Shown here in pieces: positions 8,461-17,072 of a DNA stretch of 64,000 nt. The number at the start of each line of letters is the position of its first letter. Position 1 is the first letter of the stretch. The position numbers were made by a program, and so were the translations under genes. The notes under the pieces are model-generated. The model was not told the origin of the DNA. It did not search any database and saw only the letters and a program-made list of their open reading frames with translations. The DNA is from a bacterium (GTDB lineage Bacteria; Patescibacteriota; Patescibacteriia; Magasanikbacterales; GWA2-37-8), in the NCBI GenBank assembly GCA_043810165.1, contig JBDROJ010000030.1, positions 866-64,865 on the forward strand. Direction: 5' to 3'.

Positions 8461-8471
8461 AGTCTTATTGA

Positions 8472-8618
8472 TTAAATTTTCTTAATGAATAACAATAATA
8501 TGCCGACCACTGCTCCCAGAATAAGACCCAAAACAATCGCTTTAGCAAAGACTATTCCAATAAGTTGGAAATCATCTAAGTAGCACGAATTGTTGAGTAA
8601 GATATATTGAGAACACAT
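8472..8618 (-). CDS. Tiny TM protein (48 aa; g7p/g9p-like), not in the ORF track
   Basis: Manual translation gives MCSQYILLNNSCYLDDFQLIGIVFAKAIVLGLILGAVVGILLLFIKKI. Its ATG lies 1 nt after the upstream ORF's TAA. Confidence 0.45.
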   Translation of the reverse strand: MCSQYILLNNSCYLDDFQLIGIVFAKAIVLGLILGAVVGILLLFIKKI

Positions 8619-8619
8619 A

Positions 8620-8730
8620 TTACTTGCCTGTGGTTATTGCAAAGAAAATACTCAAGACCGTTAATAGCGAGAGAGGAAGAATGAGGCTCAACCCGAGACC
8701 GGCAAATATGTTGTTTATTAGTCCTGTCAT
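8620..8730 (-). CDS. Tiny TM protein (36 aa; g7p/g9p-like), not in the ORF track
   Basis: Manual translation gives MTGLINNIFAGLGLSLILPLSLLTVLSIFFAITTGK. It is tightly packed between neighbouring ORFs. Confidence 0.45.
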   Translation of the reverse strand: MTGLINNIFAGLGLSLILPLSLLTVLSIFFAITTGK

Positions 8731-8734
8731 AAAT

Positions 8735-8887
8735 TTAAGGTTTAAAGATGAGTAAAACGATTACTACCGTAAGCAAGCCAAACAATAGTCCAAACGAAAC
8801 TGTAATAAGTTGGCTGAAAAAGTTAATCAGATCCAACGCTTCGCTGGTTAAGGCATAAGTTGTACTGGCTGTGGTTAGGAGGTTCAT
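8735..8887 (-). CDS. Tiny TM protein (50 aa), not in the ORF track
   Basis: Manual translation gives MNLLTTASTTYALTSEALDLINFFSQLITVSFGLLFGLLTVVIVLLIFKP. It starts 2 nt after the ssb stop. Confidence 0.45.
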   Translation of the reverse strand: MNLLTTASTTYALTSEALDLINFFSQLITVSFGLLFGLLTVVIVLLIFKP

Positions 8888-8889
8888 AA

Positions 8890-9153
8890 CTATTTTTTGT
8901 TAGGAATGTAGTAATCGGCAAAAGCCCTCTTTCTCTTTTTATCAACAATGTGATAAGGGTAAATTTCAATATCTAATGTTATTGTTTCACCCTGTTTGCC
9001 GACTTTTAGATCCATATCGGATACATTTACCTTTATTGGGTAAATACTCCCGACTGGTTCTATGAATAAAGTTCGGCTTTTCCCGGGCGTACCGTCTTTA
9101 CATGTATATTCCCGGAGTTCCTCCTTTTTGAGGACACCTGTTAATTTAAACAT
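8890..9153 (-). CDS. ssDNA-binding protein (gVp-like)
   Basis: 87 aa. Beta-rich and Lys/Gly-rich, as expected for an OB-like fold. It sits immediately upstream of the small-TM and coat genes, which is the g5p position. Confidence 0.45.
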   Translation of the reverse strand: MFKLTGVLKKEELREYTCKDGTPGKSRTLFIEPVGSIYPIKVNVSDMDLKVGKQGETITLDIEIYPYHIVDKKRKRAFADYYIPNKK

Positions 9154-9262
9154 AATGGTATATTCTTTAGATTTTGAATTAAATCCGCAATCGACCTTTT
9201 ATTTTGCGTGCTTGTATTGTAAGTGAACAAGGTTCTGAAAAGTTCTTGTACAAGTTTTCAGA

Positions 9263-9292
9263 ATAATCAAAAAAGCCCCAAGTTATGGGACT
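9263..9292. terminator. Hairpin plus T/A runs downstream of the 9317 gene
   Basis: aaaaAGCCCCAagttaTGGGACTtttt, an imperfect stem with flanking A and T runs. Confidence 0.35.
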
Positions 9293-9316
9293 TTTTGCCG
9301 TTATTTTTTCAGAACT

Positions 9317-10192
9317 TTAGAGGTATTTCTTATTTAATTTTACTTTTCCTTTTCTACCAGTATTAAATTTTAAAAAGTCTTTGTGTTTTGTTTCTTTTTC
9401 TATTTTTTTGCTTAACTCAAAACAAATATTATGATATCTTTTCCAATTATTTTTATCTTTTGTATAGTCTAAATCATAAAATTCATCCTCAGCTATTTCG
9501 GCATAGTAAAAATCGTCTTTTAGATTATCTTTATTGGTAATAAAAATATGATGTAATAATTTGTGGGCATTAGTAATTTTATCTTGTTTGGATATTTTTA
9601 CTTTCACTCCTTGAACATACAAAACACTCTTTTTGTCGTCAAAGTAGGTTTTATTATCCTCGTCATCGCAAGCAAAAAAGCACTTTTTGTCTAATCTATC
9701 AAATACTTCGCTATTTACAACCTCAAAAGATAGTTCTAACATTTGTTTGGAATATGGCTTTGAAAATAATTTGCAAAAATCATCAAAGTCGTCCTTATCT
9801 TGAACACAACATTTTTTAAGTTTTTTCATTTTCTTGTGAACAAGCTCTAAATTAGAGTAGTAAGTCCAAAACTCTTTTGAAAACAAAACATCGCCCTTGA
9901 TTTTTAAGAATTCGTCCTCGTCCCCATACCCATCAGAGCTTTCGCCCATTAGCTTTATGTGGTCGTCAAAAATACCCTGCATGATATTTTTGGCAAGAGG
10001 ATCTGAGTGCAAGAAGTAAATATACTTGTAAATTATGACGAACCGTTGGAATATACTTGTCTCAATACAAAAAAGTCGAGTAAACTCGAGCATTTTTTCC
10101 TTGATTTTGCAAGCATACTGAAGCATGGGTTTTGGTGGAAAATAAGCATATTTTAGTTTATTTATTATACAGGAAAAAATCGGGGTGGACAA
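9317..10192 (-). CDS. Hypothetical Asp/Lys-rich protein at the right edge of the prophage
   Basis: ORF track only. No motif recognised. The true start may be an internal Met. Confidence 0.3.
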   Translation of the reverse strand: MSTPIFSCIINKLKYAYFPPKPMLQYACKIKEKMLEFTRLFCIETSIFQRFVIIYKYIYFLHSDPLAKNIMQGIFDDHIKLMGESSDGYGDEDEFLKIKGDVLFSKEFWTYYSNLELVHKKMKKLKKCCVQDKDDFDDFCKLFSKPYSKQMLELSFEVVNSEVFDRLDKKCFFACDDEDNKTYFDDKKSVLYVQGVKVKISKQDKITNAHKLLHHIFITNKDNLKDDFYYAEIAEDEFYDLDYTKDKNNWKRYHNICFELSKKIEKETKHKDFLKFNTGRKGKVKLNKKYL

Positions 10193-10292
10193 ATTTTGCT
10201 AAATATGCCTAAATTTGGACAAAAATATCAAATTGTTGTAAAATAAGGGAAGAAAAATACTTCTATTTAAATAAAAAATTCATTATAAAAAT

Positions 10293-12209
10293 ATGGTAAA
10301 TTTTAAAGACAAATTAGAAAATCTATTAAAGAAAGAAAAAGATTTTTTAGATGAAAATGGTGTTATTGATTATATTAAAATAAAAGACTTAGCAGATAAG
10401 ATTGATAGTAGATTAATAGAACTTTTGATTACAAATAATGAAATAAAGAAAAAGTTTTTTTCAAAAATAAAAGATGTTTATGTTTTTAACATCAATCATT
10501 TTAAATTTTTCTTAGATGAAAATAAAGTAAATAATTCATACACTCAATATAAAAATAGAATTGGTTTATCCGACGGAAAAGAATTTATAAATGATAGAAA
10601 TGATACTGTTTTAGATTTTCCTTTTAAGGATTGTATATTGGAAGGTGGACAAAGCACAGAAGAAGGCATTGATACTTATTTTGAATATTCTGATAAAACT
10701 GAAAAATATGAAGAAAAGACAGCAAAAAGAAATGAAGTATTCTTTAATCAAGTACTTGCACATGATGAAATAGATAGACTTTGTGATAGAAAAGCTCTTG
10801 TAAATTGGAAACGATTTACTAAAGATAGCAAGAAAGATGGTGAAATTGTAAAAGAAATAAAACGAGATAAAAAAGGTTTAATACAAGAGAATTTAATTAT
10901 AAAAGGTAATAACTTACTTGCTTTACATAGTCTAAAATCTGAATTTGCAGGGAATATAAAACTTATTTATATTGATCCTCCTTATAATACAAAAACAGAC
11001 AGTTTTGTTTATAATGATAACTTTAATCATAGTACATGGCTAACCTTTATGAAAAACAGGTTGGAGTTAGCTAATGAATTATTAAGGGATGACGGAATAC
11101 TTTTTGTGCAATGTGATGATAATGAACAATCTTATTTAAAAGTATTAATGGATGAAATATTTGATAGGGAAAATTTTGTAGGAACCTTGATTCATCAAAG
11201 AGCAAAAGGAGGCGGAAATGCAAAACATATCGTAAAAGGACATGATTATATTACCATCTTTGCAAAAAAACTAAGTAAAAACCATAAATTTATTAGAGAA
11301 AAAGTCATTCAAGCAAAAGTCATTGAAATAGATGGTGTTTTCTACTTAAGAAATGATGATGTTGTTAGAAAAGTTTTTGGTAAATATGATACATCTTTAG
11401 GAGATAGAAGATGTTTTTATGAAGAACTTGAAAAATATAAAAATGAAAAACAAATTAAAGAAATCAAAGAAAAAATTAAAAATAAAGATTATGTTTTAGA
11501 AAACTTTGGTAATGGAATGCAAGTGATAGTAAAATATACACCCATAGAAGAATCCTATTCAAAGTTGTATTCAATAGTCAAAGCATTATCTGAAGATGGT
11601 AATAATGAAATAAGTGAGCTTGGATTAGATTTTAGTAATCCAAAACCAGAACAAATTATAAAATTTTTAATTGAAGCGGTTACTAAACCTACAGATATTG
11701 TTTTAGATTATCATCTTGGATCAGGAACTACCTGTGCAGTTGCTCACAAAATGAATAGACAATATATTGGGATTGAACAAATGGATTATATTGAAACTGT
11801 TGCTGTAGAAAGAATGAAAAAAGTTATTAAAGGTGAACAAGGAGGAATTTCAAAATCAGTTGATTGGAAAGGTGGTGGCGAATTTATTTATTGTGAGCTT
11901 GCAAAATGGAACGAACAAGCAAAAGAAGAAATACAAAACGTAAAAGATTTATCTGCTTTCGTAAAGCTCTTTGATACTTTGTATAAAAAATATTTCCTAA
12001 ATTACAATGTTAAAATTAAGGATTTTAAAGAAAATATAATGAAAGAAGAAAACTTTAAAAAACTTACTCTTATACAACAAAAGAAAATGTTTTTGGCTAT
12101 GCTTGATTTAAATCAAATGTATGTTAATGAAAGCGAAATGGCAGATAAAAAATATGGGATTAGCGTTGAAGATCAAAAACTAACAAATACTTTCTATAGT
12201 AAAAAATAA
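10293..12209 (+). CDS. mod: Type III restriction-modification methyltransferase (Mod), N6-adenine beta-class
   Basis: Motif IV IYIDPPYN comes before motif I DYHLGSGTT. That order defines beta-class N6A/N4C MTases. 638 aa. Directly followed by a Res-type helicase. Confidence 0.8.
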   Translation: MVNFKDKLENLLKKEKDFLDENGVIDYIKIKDLADKIDSRLIELLITNNEIKKKFFSKIKDVYVFNINHFKFFLDENKVNNSYTQYKNRIGLSDGKEFINDRNDTVLDFPFKDCILEGGQSTEEGIDTYFEYSDKTEKYEEKTAKRNEVFFNQVLAHDEIDRLCDRKALVNWKRFTKDSKKDGEIVKEIKRDKKGLIQENLIIKGNNLLALHSLKSEFAGNIKLIYIDPPYNTKTDSFVYNDNFNHSTWLTFMKNRLELANELLRDDGILFVQCDDNEQSYLKVLMDEIFDRENFVGTLIHQRAKGGGNAKHIVKGHDYITIFAKKLSKNHKFIREKVIQAKVIEIDGVFYLRNDDVVRKVFGKYDTSLGDRRCFYEELEKYKNEKQIKEIKEKIKNKDYVLENFGNGMQVIVKYTPIEESYSKLYSIVKALSEDGNNEISELGLDFSNPKPEQIIKFLIEAVTKPTDIVLDYHLGSGTTCAVAHKMNRQYIGIEQMDYIETVAVERMKKVIKGEQGGISKSVDWKGGGEFIYCELAKWNEQAKEEIQNVKDLSAFVKLFDTLYKKYFLNYNVKIKDFKENIMKEENFKKLTLIQQKKMFLAMLDLNQMYVNESEMADKKYGISVEDQKLTNTFYSKK

Positions 12210-12210
12210 T

Positions 12211-14958
12211 ATGGAAGAATTGTATCAACAAATAAATACAGAAAAAAATACACTTAAAAAATATGCTCCGGAAGTCATTGAGATTCCTAAATATATTTTA
12301 AATAATATTAAATATGATTTATTTGAGTGGCAAAAAGAAGCATTGGAAAATTTTTTTGTGTATGAAAAAGATCATAAACAAAACCCCACCCATTTAATGT
12401 TTAATATGGCTACGGGAACAGGTAAAACCTTAGTCATGGCCTCTCTTATTTTGTTTTATTATCAAAAAGGTTATAGAAATTTTATATTTTTTGTAAATCA
12501 AAATAATATTGTGGATAAAACAGAAAATAATTTTATTAATAATACTCACAATAAATATTTATTTACAGATAAAATTACTATTGACGGGAAAATTATAAAT
12601 ATTAAAAAAGTTAATAACTTTTCTGACAATTCTTCTGACATACAAATAAAATTTACTACCATACAAAAACTATACAATGATATACATTTAGAAAAAGAAA
12701 ACAATATTACATTGGAAGAACTTTATAAAAAAGATATTATAATGTTAGCTGATGAAGCACATCATCTTAATACAAATACAAACAAAAAGCAGAAAGAGTT
12801 AGATCTAAATTTGGAATTAAAAGATAATGCAAGCAAAGAAGATATTGAAAGAAAAGGCTGGGAACATACCGTTATTGAATTGATTTTAAAAAAGAATGGA
12901 AAAGAAAGTAATAATATTTTATTAGAGTTTACTGCGACTATTCCGACAGAGCCTAATGTTGTAAAAAAATATAAAGATAAGACAATTTATAAATTTAGTC
13001 TAAAAGATTTTTTAAAGAAAGGTTATACAAAAGAAATCAATTTGATTGGTTCAACCTTTAGTAAAAAAGAAAGAATTTTACATGCCTTGCTTTTTAATTG
13101 GTATAGACATGAAGTTGCTTTAAAAAACAATATACATAATTTTAAACCTGTTATCCTTTTCAGAAGTAAAACTATTGAAGAATCAGAAAAAGATTATCAA
13201 GTTTTTTTGAATTTGATAAATAATTTAAATATTAAAGATTTTGCATTTTTTAATAAAATAAAAGATAAAATTACAGAAAACGATAATCCCTATGAACAAG
13301 GAAGATCTCGCACAGAAGATGTTTTAAATTTTGTAGAAAATACAAAAGGTAGATATTCTGAAGTGGTAAATTTTATAAAAGAAAATTTTCAAGAAAAAAA
13401 CTTGATAATTACTAACTCAAAAGATAAAGATGCTAAAGGTGAAAAAGGCGGTGAAAAAACAACAGAAAAACAGAATGATCTTCTAAATAATTTAGAAGAT
13501 ATAAATAATCACATAAGAGGTATTTTTACAGTAAAACGATTAACAGAGGGTTGGGATGTATTAAATTTGTTTGACATAGTCCGTCTTTATAAGGGGCAGA
13601 ATGTTGGAGGAACACACAAAGGAAAAACACCCGAAACGACAATACAAGAAAAGCAATTAATTGGTAGAGGTGTTAGATATTGTCCTTTTACTTACAAAGA
13701 TGAACAAAGAAATAAAAGAAAGTTTAATAATAATTTGAAAAATGAGCTAAGAGTATTGGAAGAACTTTATTATTATACTTACGATGACCCAAACAATAAA
13801 GCAGAACACAACTATATTATAGAATTGAAAGCCGAACTAAGAAAAGACGGCTATATTGATGATAATAAAATTGTTAAAAAATTTGACTTAAAAAAAGAAT
13901 TTAAAGATATTCCTTTTTATAAAAAAATTAAAATTTGGAAAAATAATCAAATTGACAATCCAGATAGACAAAAAGAAAACTTGAATACTTTAGCTAAAGA
14001 TTTTTTTAGCTCATATACAATTAGTGGTATTTCTTTGTCAGAAGACTGGATGAAAAATTTAGATGATGAAGATGAAATGCAAAGATTAATCTTATCAGAA
14101 CAAAATTTAAAAGTAATTAATGATAAAACTTTTAAAGATTTTGAATATAATATCTTTAGAAAAGCGATACACATAAAATCACAAAAGGAAAATTCTTTTT
14201 ATAGATTTGATAATTTGAAAGATAATTTGAAAATAAATAGTATAGATGATTTGTTAGGAAAAGATTTTTTTGGTTCTTTTAAAATTAATATTATTGTAGA
14301 AAAGAAAACAAATTTTGAAGATATTGATAATGAAGAAAAATTAAAGATTATTTCTAAATTTCTTAATGATATTGAAAATAAACTTAAATCATATATAAAA
14401 CCAAAGATAGGAACGCCTGAATTTAAAGCTTATAAATTTTCAGATATTTTTGATAAACCTAAAACAAAAAGCGTTGATAAAAAAACAGTAGAAGATTCAG
14501 AAAATTTAGCTGATGTGTTAAAAAATGAAGAATGGTATATTTTGAATGATTTTGTTGGTACTGATCAAGAAATAGAGCTTATTAAATTTATACAAGAAAG
14601 AGTTGGTAATTTAGATGAAAAGTATAAAGAATATTATCTTTTAAGAAATGAAGAAGTTTATAAAATATATGACTTTGAAGAAGGTCGTGGATTTCAGCCG
14701 GATTTCTTATTGTTTTTAAAAGGCAAAAAAGACAAAGTTTACTATCAAATTTTTATTGAACCAAAACAAAAAAAATACATGACTTCGGAAAATGAAATAT
14801 GGAAAGAAAATTTCTTAGAGCAAATTAGTGAAAAATTTGGAGATAAAAAAATATTAAAGGAAGAAAATGAAAATTATAAATTATTTGGGTTGCCTTTCTT
14901 TAATAATGAAGAGGAATATAGAAATAATTTTGAAGAAAACTTTGGTAAATTAATTTAA
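12211..14958 (+). CDS. res: Type III restriction enzyme Res subunit (SF2 helicase plus endonuclease)
   Basis: Walker A MATGTGKT and DEAH box IIMLADEAHHLN. 915 aa. Starts 2 nt after the mod stop. Confidence 0.8.
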   Translation: MEELYQQINTEKNTLKKYAPEVIEIPKYILNNIKYDLFEWQKEALENFFVYEKDHKQNPTHLMFNMATGTGKTLVMASLILFYYQKGYRNFIFFVNQNNIVDKTENNFINNTHNKYLFTDKITIDGKIINIKKVNNFSDNSSDIQIKFTTIQKLYNDIHLEKENNITLEELYKKDIIMLADEAHHLNTNTNKKQKELDLNLELKDNASKEDIERKGWEHTVIELILKKNGKESNNILLEFTATIPTEPNVVKKYKDKTIYKFSLKDFLKKGYTKEINLIGSTFSKKERILHALLFNWYRHEVALKNNIHNFKPVILFRSKTIEESEKDYQVFLNLINNLNIKDFAFFNKIKDKITENDNPYEQGRSRTEDVLNFVENTKGRYSEVVNFIKENFQEKNLIITNSKDKDAKGEKGGEKTTEKQNDLLNNLEDINNHIRGIFTVKRLTEGWDVLNLFDIVRLYKGQNVGGTHKGKTPETTIQEKQLIGRGVRYCPFTYKDEQRNKRKFNNNLKNELRVLEELYYYTYDDPNNKAEHNYIIELKAELRKDGYIDDNKIVKKFDLKKEFKDIPFYKKIKIWKNNQIDNPDRQKENLNTLAKDFFSSYTISGISLSEDWMKNLDDEDEMQRLILSEQNLKVINDKTFKDFEYNIFRKAIHIKSQKENSFYRFDNLKDNLKINSIDDLLGKDFFGSFKINIIVEKKTNFEDIDNEEKLKIISKFLNDIENKLKSYIKPKIGTPEFKAYKFSDIFDKPKTKSVDKKTVEDSENLADVLKNEEWYILNDFVGTDQEIELIKFIQERVGNLDEKYKEYYLLRNEEVYKIYDFEEGRGFQPDFLLFLKGKKDKVYYQIFIEPKQKKYMTSENEIWKENFLEQISEKFGDKKILKEENENYKLFGLPFFNNEEEYRNNFEENFGKLI

Positions 14959-14969
14959 TATATCTTAAT

Positions 14970-16442
14970 GTGAATTTATATTTTTCTGATTTTTTTAAAG
15001 TAGATCCTAAGATTATTGAAGAATATGGTGCTTTTGACATATCGCTAATTTTTGATTTACCTCTGTTTATCGATCCTTTTTTATTGTTTAATAGTAAAAA
15101 AGATGATTATAAAGAACTTCATGAAAAGATAATTGATTATTTAAAATTTTTAAAAGATAAGTCTGTAAATGGTAGTCTAGACAGCGGTGCTTTAAAAACT
15201 TGGTATTTATTTCAAGAGGTTGAACAAAATTGGTTTGGTTTCTCGTTAAAAGGTAATAAAGGTAGTGGTTTGGGCATGGATTTTGCCACAGCTTTAAATG
15301 AAAATCTATATAAAATATTTAGTAAATTTGGAGAAGAAGATATTACTAAAGGAAGTCATCTTGAAAAGTTATGCTTAATAAAAGATGGTATAGGTAAAGA
15401 TAATATTAGTGATTTTGCTACAAATTTGATTAAAGATTTTTTGTTGGAATATACAGAGACATTTACAAAAAAATATATAGACCCTGCATTAACAAAAAAA
15501 TTTAGAGTAAAAAAAGCAAAATTTAATTATAAAACCGAGACATGGGAAGAAGGAATATATCAATTACCTAAACATGAAGATAATTTTGTTTTATTAACTC
15601 CTAAAGAATTGCTTACAAAAGATGATACGTGGATTAACAAGACTGATTTAATAAAAGATTTTGAAAATATACCAGATTCTATCTCGGATGATCAACTTAG
15701 ATTTCAAATTAATAATTATTTTAAAAGTCAATTAACTAATGAACCAAATAAAGAACCAACAAAAAAAGAAAAAATAAAGGCTACTTTTGCAACACTCCAA
15801 GAATTTCCTGACTTAATAGATTTTTTTATAAAATATAAAGAAGATAATGGTGAGAGAGCAGAAAGTATTAGTGATGAAAAAGTTAAATTTTCATCAAATG
15901 TATATGTAGAAAATGTAAAAAAAATAATTCCTGAATTATCCAAAATAGGTTTTTATACATCTTATAAAGAATTTAGTTATGACGAGGCTCATACCCAAAT
16001 TTTAAATTTAAAAGATTTTATTGAAAATAATGACGGTTATAGACTGTTTTATGATAATAACGATAATGTTATAAGATCGGAAAAAGAATTACAATTACTT
16101 TTCGCTTTGGTGTGTAAAAATTCTATTTTTGATGTCAACAGAGAGCCAAATAATGGTCGTGGTCCTGTTGATTTTGCAATTTCAATGGGTCGTTCTGACA
16201 AGACACTTATCGAATTTAAACTGGCTAAAAATACCAGTTTAAAGAAAAATTTACAAAAACAAGTTGAAATATATCAAAATGCCAATGGAACAGATAAAGC
16301 TTTTAAAGTGATTATCTATTTTACAGAAAAAGAACAAGAACGAGTATATAAAATTTTAAGAGTGCTTAATTTAAACAATGAATCTAATATAGTTTTAATT
16401 GACGCTAGAATTGATAATAAGCCGTCAGCCTCGAACGCTTAA
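14970..16442 (+). CDS. Hypothetical 490-aa protein with a C-terminal PD-(D/E)xK nuclease-like motif. Candidate defence effector co-transcribed with the Type III R-M.
   Basis: The C-terminal NGRGPVDFAISMGRSDKTLIEFKLAK carries D...E-x-K with the spacing of the restriction-endonuclease fold. The ORF starts 11 nt after the res stop. Confidence 0.45.
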   Translation: MNLYFSDFFKVDPKIIEEYGAFDISLIFDLPLFIDPFLLFNSKKDDYKELHEKIIDYLKFLKDKSVNGSLDSGALKTWYLFQEVEQNWFGFSLKGNKGSGLGMDFATALNENLYKIFSKFGEEDITKGSHLEKLCLIKDGIGKDNISDFATNLIKDFLLEYTETFTKKYIDPALTKKFRVKKAKFNYKTETWEEGIYQLPKHEDNFVLLTPKELLTKDDTWINKTDLIKDFENIPDSISDDQLRFQINNYFKSQLTNEPNKEPTKKEKIKATFATLQEFPDLIDFFIKYKEDNGERAESISDEKVKFSSNVYVENVKKIIPELSKIGFYTSYKEFSYDEAHTQILNLKDFIENNDGYRLFYDNNDNVIRSEKELQLLFALVCKNSIFDVNREPNNGRGPVDFAISMGRSDKTLIEFKLAKNTSLKKNLQKQVEIYQNANGTDKAFKVIIYFTEKEQERVYKILRVLNLNNESNIVLIDARIDNKPSASNA

Positions 16443-16455
16443 TTTATAATATAAT

Positions 16456-16833
16456 ATGAATTCTAAATATAGAATTACACCTCAAACAACTAATCTTTAT
16501 AATGCCTTAATGGATAAGGGTATTAAATGCAAGATTGAAGATAACGACGGTTATAAAACGGTTGACATTTCTATACCGGAAGCAAGAATAAATATTGAAG
16601 TTGACGGATTACAACATTTTACCAATCCGGATCAAATATATGCTGATTTTGACAGAAGTTATTGGTCATATAAAAGAAATAACCGTGATACATTTCATAT
16701 CCCCAATACTATTATAGATAGTCATTTAGAAGAAGTTGCTAATGCTTTAACTACAGTAGCAAAAAGATGTATAAAAGAAATTGAGGAAAATAACAAGGGA
16801 TTTTACAGTTGGATTAAAAAAATATTCAAATAA
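16456..16833 (+). CDS. DUF559/Vsr-like endonuclease-domain protein
   Basis: ARINIEVDGLQHF matches the DUF559 VIEVDGxxH signature, followed by DFDRSYW. 125 aa. It starts 13 nt after the previous stop. Confidence 0.45.
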   Translation: MNSKYRITPQTTNLYNALMDKGIKCKIEDNDGYKTVDISIPEARINIEVDGLQHFTNPDQIYADFDRSYWSYKRNNRDTFHIPNTIIDSHLEEVANALTTVAKRCIKEIEENNKGFYSWIKKIFK

Positions 16834-16868
16834 AGAAGTTGTAGTGAAAAATAGCAAAAATAATTTAT

Positions 16869-17072
16869 ATGCAATTTACCGATAAACAATTAGATAGTTT
16901 CATCGCTTTATATAAAAAAGAGTTTGGCGACGAATTAAGCAAAGGTGAGGCTCTCCAAAAAGCAACCTCTTTGGTTTCTATGGTAAAATTGACATATGTA
17001 CCCATGACAGAAAAAGATTTTAAAGAAAGTATGGAAGCTTGTATTAAAAGTCAAAAAACACAAATTAATTAA
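16869..17072 (+). CDS. Hypothetical 67-aa protein
   Basis: ORF track only. Confidence 0.25.
   Translation: MQFTDKQLDSFIALYKKEFGDELSKGEALQKATSLVSMVKLTYVPMTEKDFKESMEACIKSQKTQIN

Larger units (their letters stand above)
1741..10250. mobile_element. Integrated filamentous phage (inovirus-like prophage), ~8.5 kb, inserted at the 3' end of tRNA-Gln. The right boundary is approximate.
   Basis: A complete inovirus-type module lies on the minus strand: HUH Rep, ssDNA-binding protein, three tiny TM proteins, a signal-peptide major coat, pIII-like, pVI-like and Zot/pI-like proteins, plus a serine integrase. The size fits an inovirus genome. Confidence 0.7.

Noticed and set aside
8198-8485. Plus-strand 95-aa ORF
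   Set aside because: Antisense to the major coat gene. The coat reading has the signal peptide, TM and basic tail logic.
13947-14174. Minus-strand ORF inside res
   Set aside because: Shadow within the Type III Res CDS.
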